Below the pieces are notes generated by a model. It was given only the letters and a program-made list of their open reading frames with translations, was not told the origin of the DNA and searched no databases. This document shows, piece by piece, positions 32,695-37,711 of a stretch of 37,711 bases of DNA. Position numbers and translations under genes: made by a program. The DNA is from Vicinamibacteria bacterium (lineage in GTDB: Bacteria > Acidobacteriota > Vicinamibacteria > Vicinamibacterales > CAVVIG01): contig JBGPJH010000002.1 of NCBI GenBank assembly GCA_041485305.1, positions 1-37,711 on the forward strand, read 5' to 3'. Position 1 is the first letter of the stretch, and every line of letters starts with the position of its first letter.

Positions 32695-33620
32695 TCAGGC
32701 CCCCCCGCAGCGTGCGCGTTCGGGCGTTCGCGAAGATCAACCTCACCCTCCGCGTGCTCGGCTCTGAGGGCGATGGCTACCACCAGGTTCGCACCGCGTT
32801 TCAATCGCTCGGCTTGCACGACACGCTCACGTTCACGCCGGCGCGCGGTCGGTGGTCGATTGAGTGCGACGAGCCGCGCTGCCCGTCCGATCGGACGAAC
32901 CTCGTATGGCGGGCGGGCGAAAGCCTCTGGCGGGAGGCGGGCCGTCGCGGATCACCGTCGGGCGTGCACGTGCACATCCGAAAGCGCATCCCCGTGGAAG
33001 CCGGGCTCGGCGGCGGCAGCAGTGATGCGGCGGCGGCGCTTCGGGCACTCACACACCTGTGGCGACTGCGGCTGAGCCATGACCGCCTTCACGCCATCAG
33101 CCGCAGCTTGGGGGCCGACGTACCGTTCTTCCTCCAGGGTGGAACCGCGCTTGGACTGGAGCGCGGTGACCTCCTGTTTCCTCTCGTCGACTGGCCGGGC
33201 TCGTGGGTGGTGCTCGTCGTGCCCGAGATCGGCGTCCGCACGGCCGACGCGTATCGATGGTGGGACGAGGGTCTTGGCCGGCAGCCCGCCCGAAGCCGGT
33301 CCGCCGAGATGGGTCTGCTGCCGCCCTCCGAGCTCACCAACGATCTGCAGGGTCCGGTGACCGCCCGTCATCCCGAAATCGCCCGGCTCGCGCGGAGGCT
33401 GCGGCACCGCGGCGCCTATTGTTCAATGATGTCAGGGAGCGGGTCGGCTGTGTTCGGACTCTTCGCGAGGGAACGTGCCGCGCGATCAGCCGCCACGGCT
33501 CTGCCCGGGTGCCGTGCGACGCTCGTGACGCGAACCCTCACTCGCCGGCAGTTCGAGCGAGCATCGCGCCCGTACTTGGCCGCCCCTCGTAGCGTCGACC
33601 GCGAGGTTGGCAAGAGCTGA
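32691..33620 (+). CDS. ispE: 4-(cytidine 5'-diphospho)-2-C-methyl-D-erythritol kinase
   Basis: GTG at 32691 overlaps the upstream stop (GTGA); GTG at 32711 is the alternative. AFAKINLTLRVLG...GYH, GHMP motif IPVEAGLGGGSSDAAAALRAL, MSGSGSAVFGLF. Confidence 0.88.
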   Translation: MIRPPRSVRVRAFAKINLTLRVLGSEGDGYHQVRTAFQSLGLHDTLTFTPARGRWSIECDEPRCPSDRTNLVWRAGESLWREAGRRGSPSGVHVHIRKRIPVEAGLGGGSSDAAAALRALTHLWRLRLSHDRLHAISRSLGADVPFFLQGGTALGLERGDLLFPLVDWPGSWVVLVVPEIGVRTADAYRWWDEGLGRQPARSRSAEMGLLPPSELTNDLQGPVTARHPEIARLARRLRHRGAYCSMMSGSGSAVFGLFARERAARSAATALPGCRATLVTRTLTRRQFERASRPYLAAPRSVDREVGKS

Positions 33621-33764
33621 GCCAAGACTGCCGGAGTGCGTCCCGTGGAGACTTGCCGGTCCTCTTGTCCATCGTGTACACTTGGCGTTTGCGCCACGTG
33701 GTTTCGGCCACTCCTTGAGGTCAGCATCTCCAACTCCGCTGAAGGGTCCGCGGGAAAGTCACGA

Positions 33765-33839
33765 TGGGGCGTGGCCAAGCGGTAAGGCGCGGGACTTTGG
33801 ATCCCGTATTCGAAGGTTCGAATCCTTCCGCCCCAGCCA
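33765..33839 (+). tRNA. tRNA-Gln (anticodon UUG), CCA encoded
   Basis: Acceptor tggggcg pairs with cgcccca. Anticodon stem cggga/tcccg has loop cuUUGga. T-arm is gaagg-ttcgaat-ccttc. Discriminator G, then CCA at 33837-33839. Confidence 0.9.
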
Positions 33840-33874
33840 ACTTCGCGAGGCTGTGAGTGATAGGTGAACCCTTG

Positions 33875-34840
33875 ATGGCGGCAACCGGCTTTGGCGACCT
33901 GAAGATCTTTTCGGGCAGCGCCCATCCGGATCTGACGCGGGAAATCGCGGCGTTCCTCGGCGTCACGCTCGGCCAGGCCAGGCTGCGTCGGTTTCCGGAC
34001 ACCGAGGTCTCGTTTCAGATCGACGAGAACATCCGGGGCGCCGATGTGTTCGTCATGCAGCCGACGTGTGCGACAGCGTCCGGTTCGGTCGACCAGCACC
34101 TGATGGAGCTGATGATCATGATGGATGCGTTCCGCCGCTCGTCGGCGGCGCGCATCACGGCCGTGATGCCGTACTACGGCTACGCGCGACAGGATCGGAA
34201 GGACAAGCCGCGCGTGCCGATCTCGGCCAAGCTGGTGGCCAACGTTCTGGGCGCTGCCGGCGCGAACCGCGTGTTGACGATGGATTTACACAAGGCGCAG
34301 ATACAGGGGTTCTTCGACATACCGGTCGATCACCTGTTTGCCGCGCCGGTCATCATCGACTACCTGGCCCGCCTCGATGCGCCGAACCTGACGCTTGTGG
34401 CGCCCGACGCCGGTGGCGCCGAGCGTGCACGCGCCTACGCGAAGCGGCTCGATGCCGAACTCGCTGTCATCGACAAGCGGCGGAGGGATGACGGCGCGGC
34501 CGAAGTGATGAATGTGATTGGCGATGTGGAAGGCCGCACCTGCATCATCCAGGACGACATCGTCGACACCGCCGGCACGATCACGAAGGCTGCCGTCGCG
34601 CTCCAGCAGAACGGCGCCACGCGCGTGTTGGCGTGCGCGGTCCACGGCGTGCTGTCGGGGCCGGCGATCGAGCGAATCGCGCGCTCGCCGATCGATAAGA
34701 TGATCGTGACGAACACGATTCCGCAGTCGAAGGCCAGCGAGTCGTGCGACAAGGTCGTGGTGCTGTCGGTCGCGCGTTTGCTCGGGCAGGCGATTAAGAG
34801 CATCCACGAGGAGACGTCGGTATCCAGTTTGTTCGTGTAG
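33875..34840 (+). CDS. prs: Ribose-phosphate pyrophosphokinase
   Basis: ATG at 33875, 7 nt after AGGTGA (GTG at 33857 is the alternative). LKIFSGSAHPDL...RFPDTEV..., AARITAVMPYYGYARQDRK, IIQDDIVDTAGTI. Confidence 0.93.
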   Translation: MAATGFGDLKIFSGSAHPDLTREIAAFLGVTLGQARLRRFPDTEVSFQIDENIRGADVFVMQPTCATASGSVDQHLMELMIMMDAFRRSSAARITAVMPYYGYARQDRKDKPRVPISAKLVANVLGAAGANRVLTMDLHKAQIQGFFDIPVDHLFAAPVIIDYLARLDAPNLTLVAPDAGGAERARAYAKRLDAELAVIDKRRRDDGAAEVMNVIGDVEGRTCIIQDDIVDTAGTITKAAVALQQNGATRVLACAVHGVLSGPAIERIARSPIDKMIVTNTIPQSKASESCDKVVVLSVARLLGQAIKSIHEETSVSSLFV

Positions 34841-34841
34841 A

Positions 34842-34857
34842 GGCCGGGACCCCGGCC
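34842..34857 (+). other. GC hairpin ggccggg-ac-cccggcc between prs and rplY
   Basis: Perfect inverted repeat starting 2 nt after the prs stop, followed by ATTTCGCG. This is a weak attenuator or terminator candidate. Confidence 0.3.
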
Positions 34858-34875
34858 ATTTCGCGAAGGGACACG

Positions 34876-35553
34876 ATGGAAGTCGTACTCGAAGCCATAT
34901 CGCGCGACACGTTCGGGAAAAACGAAGCCCGTCGCACGCGTCGGCAGGGACACGTGCCAGCGGTCGTGTACGGAGGTGCGGGCAACGGAGCGGCCGCCGA
35001 GACACTGCCAGTCGCTGTGAATCCGAAGGCGCTGTTGCGGATCCTGCACTCGGAATCGGGCGCAAACACCCTCATCTCGTTGAAGCTCGCGGGCGCGGGC
35101 GACGCCAAAGTGCTCGTCAAGGAGTATCAGCTCGACCCGGTCACGCACGAGGTGCTGCACGCCGATTTCTACCGCGTCGCCATGGATCGCGCGATCACCG
35201 TGACCATTCCCATCATCGTACGGGGTGAGGCGAAGGGGGTGAAGCAGCAGGGCGGCATCCTCGAGTTCGTGCGGCGCGAAATCGAGATCGAATGTCTGCC
35301 GGGCGACATACCGGAACATCTGGTAATCGACGCCAGCGAGCTGATGCTGCATGAGGGCGTGCGCATCCGCGATATCGCGAACGATCCGAAGTGGAAGCCC
35401 TTGAGCGACCTCGATACGATGCTGCTTCACGTGGTCATGCCGAAGGCCGAGGAGGCGGCGGTGGCGGTGGCCGAGGTGGCAGCGCCGGTGGCGCCAGCCG
35501 AACCGGAAGTCATCAAGAAGGGCAAGAAGGAAGAGGCCGAAGAAGAGAAATAG
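34876..35553 (+). CDS. rplY: 50S ribosomal protein L25 / general stress protein Ctc
   Basis: MEVVLEAISRDTFGKNEARRTRRQGHVPAVVYGG..., LHADFYRV, and a long-form C-terminal domain with an acidic/Lys tail. Confidence 0.9.
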   Translation: MEVVLEAISRDTFGKNEARRTRRQGHVPAVVYGGAGNGAAAETLPVAVNPKALLRILHSESGANTLISLKLAGAGDAKVLVKEYQLDPVTHEVLHADFYRVAMDRAITVTIPIIVRGEAKGVKQQGGILEFVRREIEIECLPGDIPEHLVIDASELMLHEGVRIRDIANDPKWKPLSDLDTMLLHVVMPKAEEAAVAVAEVAAPVAPAEPEVIKKGKKEEAEEEK

Positions 35554-36126
35554 TTGAAGCTGATTGTCGGTCTGGGAAATCCCGGCGCGAAGTTCCGAGG
35601 CACGCGGCACAACATCGGATTCGCGACGCTCGACGAGCTGGCCCGCCGGGCGGGTGTCGAATTCGAGTCCGCACCCGTCGGCGCCTTGATCGCGCGGTGG
35701 CGGCCTCGCGAAGCGCTGCTGGCCAAGCCGCTGACCTTCATGAACGCCAGCGGGGAGGCGATTGGCGGTCTCGTCCGGTACTTCAAGATCGATCCGGCCG
35801 AGCTGCTCGTGGTGGTGGACGAGGTACAGTTGCCGTTGGGACGCCTGCGGGCGAGGGCGCGCGGGTCGGCCGGCGGGCACAACGGACTGAAGTCTGTGAT
35901 CGCGCACCTGGGCGAAGAGTTCTCCCGGTTGCGTGTGGGCGTGGGGCGGGGGGATGCGGGGCGGGATCTCGCCGATCACGTCCTCGCGAAGTTCGACAAG
36001 GACGAGGCGGCCGAGGCCGAGCGCATGATGACCCGCGCGGCTGATGCGGCTGAGATGTTCATCGCGTCAGGGATCGCGGCGGTGATGAACAGTTTCAACG
36101 GGGGCGATCCGGCCACGACCGAATAG
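35554..36126 (+). CDS. pth: Peptidyl-tRNA hydrolase
   Basis: TTG start immediately after the rplY TAG. KLIVGLGNPGAKFRGTRHNIGF, FMNASGEAI, GSAGGHNGLKS. Confidence 0.93.
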   Translation: MKLIVGLGNPGAKFRGTRHNIGFATLDELARRAGVEFESAPVGALIARWRPREALLAKPLTFMNASGEAIGGLVRYFKIDPAELLVVVDEVQLPLGRLRARARGSAGGHNGLKSVIAHLGEEFSRLRVGVGRGDAGRDLADHVLAKFDKDEAAEAERMMTRAADAAEMFIASGIAAVMNSFNGGDPATTE

Positions 36127-36210
36127 AGGTCGTGTCCTTGCTGCTCGCCGAGCAGCCTCGTCTAGGCGGGGTTCACCCTCGTCCGGGCGCTGTCCACAAG
36201 GAGCATGAGC

Positions 36211-36669
36211 ATGGCCGACAGACAGTACGAGCTCGTCTACATCCTTCCACCGGATACCACCGAGCAGCAGGCAGGCGAGCTCCACGAGCAGGTCGTCTCG
36301 ACCGTGTCGCGGATGGGCGGTCGCATCGACAAAACCGAGAACTGGGGTCGCCGCCGGCTGGCCTACCAGATTAGCCGCTTCAAGGAGGGCGTTTACGTCC
36401 TCACGGTGATCATTGGCACCGGCGAGCTGATGAAGGAGCTCGATCGCCGGCTGAAGGTGCTCGATCAGGTGGTCCGGCATCTGATCGTCCGCGTGGACGA
36501 AGAAAAGAAGGTCGTCGATCGCACGCGCACGAAGCGGCAGACCGAATCCGAGCGGCGCCGCGTCAAGCGGGGCCTGCCGCCTCAACGTCAGCCCGGCGAA
36601 GGGCGCTCGTCCGACGGGGACGAGGGGGACGACGATCGGGACGACCGGTTTGACGGGGTGGAGGTCTAG
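36211..36669 (+). CDS. rpsF: 30S ribosomal protein S6 (with a long charged C-terminal tail)
   Basis: ATG at 36211 lies 7 nt after AAGGAG. ATG at 36205 is too close to the SD but remains possible. [10 protein letters not shown]........[11 protein letters not shown].....GVYVL. Confidence 0.9.
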   Translation: MADRQYELVYILPPDTTEQQAGELHEQVVSTVSRMGGRIDKTENWGRRRLAYQISRFKEGVYVLTVIIGTGELMKELDRRLKVLDQVVRHLIVRVDEEKKVVDRTRTKRQTESERRRVKRGLPPQRQPGEGRSSDGDEGDDDRDDRFDGVEV

Positions 36670-36671
36670 CG

Positions 36672-36968
36672 ATGGCATTCGGACAGGGACGGTCGGGGGG
36701 GCGCGGCCGCGGCGAGAAGAAGACCGGTGACAAGCAGCAGGGCCAGCGGCGGCCGATGTTCAGGCGCCGGAAGGTCTGCAAGTTCTGCGCGGACAAGATC
36801 GACGACATCAACTACAAGGACGTGAAGCTGCTCGGCCCCTTCGTGCCGGAGCGGGGCAAGATCCTTCCGCGGCGGATTTCGGGCACGTGTGCGAAGCACC
36901 AGCGCAAGCTGCAGACCGCGATCAAGCGCGCCCGACAGATCGCGCTGATCCCGTACGTGACCGATTGA
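36672..36968 (+). CDS. rpsR: 30S ribosomal protein S18 (with a Gly/Arg-rich N-terminal extension)
   Basis: [65 protein letters not shown]. Confidence 0.95.
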   Translation: MAFGQGRSGGRGRGEKKTGDKQQGQRRPMFRRRKVCKFCADKIDDINYKDVKLLGPFVPERGKILPRRISGTCAKHQRKLQTAIKRARQIALIPYVTD

Positions 36969-36982
36969 AGCGAGGCGCATCC

Positions 36983-37438
36983 ATGGAAGTCATTCTTCGA
37001 GAGCACGTCGACAATCTCGGGCGCCGGGGCGATATCGTGAAGGTCGCCAACGGCTACGCCCGCAACTACCTGCTGCCCCGGAACCTGGCGCTGCTCCCCA
37101 CTGAGGGCAACAGGAAGCACATCGAACGCGAGCGCGCGAAGTTCGAGGTGCGCGAAGCCGAGGACCGCAAGGTCGCCGAGGCTCTCGCCGAACGGCTGTC
37201 GAACATCTCCATCTCGATCGCGCGCAAGGTGGGTGAAACCGAAGCACTCTACGGATCGGTAACCACGGCCGACATCGCCGAGGCGCTCGCGGCCAAAGGC
37301 TTCGAGATCGACCGCCGCAAGCTCCAGCTCGGCGAGCCGATCAGGAAGATTGGCGCCTTCGACGTGCCGGTCAAGCTGCACCGCGATGTGACGGCGAGGG
37401 TCAAGGTCCAGGTGATCGCCGAGGGCTCGGAAGCCTAG
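36983..37438 (+). CDS. rplI: 50S ribosomal protein L9
   Basis: MEVILREHVDNLGRRGDIVKVANGYARNYLLPRNLA... is the canonical L9 N-terminus. Confidence 0.93.
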   Translation: MEVILREHVDNLGRRGDIVKVANGYARNYLLPRNLALLPTEGNRKHIERERAKFEVREAEDRKVAEALAERLSNISISIARKVGETEALYGSVTTADIAEALAAKGFEIDRRKLQLGEPIRKIGAFDVPVKLHRDVTARVKVQVIAEGSEA

Positions 37439-37456
37439 TCAGCAGATCTCGCGTTC

Positions 37457-37711
37457 ATGGCCGACGTCGCAGTTGCCGAGAGAACGCTGCCTCACAATCT
37501 CGAGGCGGAACGGTCCGTCCTCGGCGCCATTCTGCTGCACAACGACGCGTTCAACCTCGCGGTGGAGGTCGTCGATTCCGGCGACTTCTTCCGCGACGCG
37601 CATCGGCGCATCTTCGACAAGATGGTGAAACTGGTCGAGCGCGGCGACGCGATCGACCTGGTCACCTTGAAGGACGAGCTCGGGCGCTCGGGCGAGCTGG
37701 ACGAGGTAGGC
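37457..37711 (+). CDS. dnaB: Replicative DNA helicase DnaB, N-terminal fragment (runs off the window)
   Basis: MADVAVAERTLPHNLEAERSVLGAILLHNDAFNLAVEVV.SGDFFRDAHRRIF is the typical DnaB N-terminal domain. The rplI-dnaB adjacency is common. Confidence 0.88.
   Translation, partial: MADVAVAERTLPHNLEAERSVLGAILLHNDAFNLAVEVVDSGDFFRDAHRRIFDKMVKLVERGDAIDLVTLKDELGRSGELDEVG

Noticed and set aside
33765-33839. tRNA-Gln as a possible integration hotspot for a genomic island.
   Set aside because: It is flanked on both sides by housekeeping genes (ispE, prs) in a conserved order. There is no integrase, no direct repeat of the tRNA 3' end, and no compositional shift.

Overview
Visibly GC-rich bacterial chromosomal window (GC not computed) with core, housekeeping content. 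Left to right: the 3' end of a Rieske protein; DUF4159 and YajQ (minus strand); a DUF523/DUF1722 (YbgA-like) gene coupled by ATGA overlap to fdhD; a secreted alpha/beta-hydrolase with a PDZ domain; a 1603-aa Lhr helicase (minus); a small coiled-coil ORF. Next comes a 12-gene complex I operon, nuoABCDEF-HJKLMN, with no nuoG and no nuoI. Then a GYD-domain protein and two proteins I cannot place; a cold-shock protein (minus); purH; and a minus-strand LPS-core cluster (Trm112-like, GT9 heptosyltransferase, O-antigen-ligase-like, heptose-7-P kinase). The window ends with TPR protein, LolB-like lipoprotein, ispE, tRNA-Gln, prs, rplY, pth, rpsF, rpsR, rplI and the dnaB 5' end. I saw no transposase, integrase, CRISPR array, toxin-antitoxin or recognisable defence module, and I could not identify a convincing novel multi-gene system. 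The observations most worth a second look are: (1) the clean absence of nuoG and nuoI from an otherwise complete operon; (2) a single in-frame TGA splitting the LolB-like gene; (3) a strong sigma70-like promoter followed by a canonical intrinsic terminator inside the csp leader; (4) an atypical Arg-rich tail or spacer at the nuoM 3' end; (5) a ~45-bp direct repeat at the esterase/lhr junction, one copy of which encodes the Lhr C-terminus; (6) a structured 350-bp non-coding gap at the left end. All family calls come from reading motifs in the supplied translations. No database search was run.
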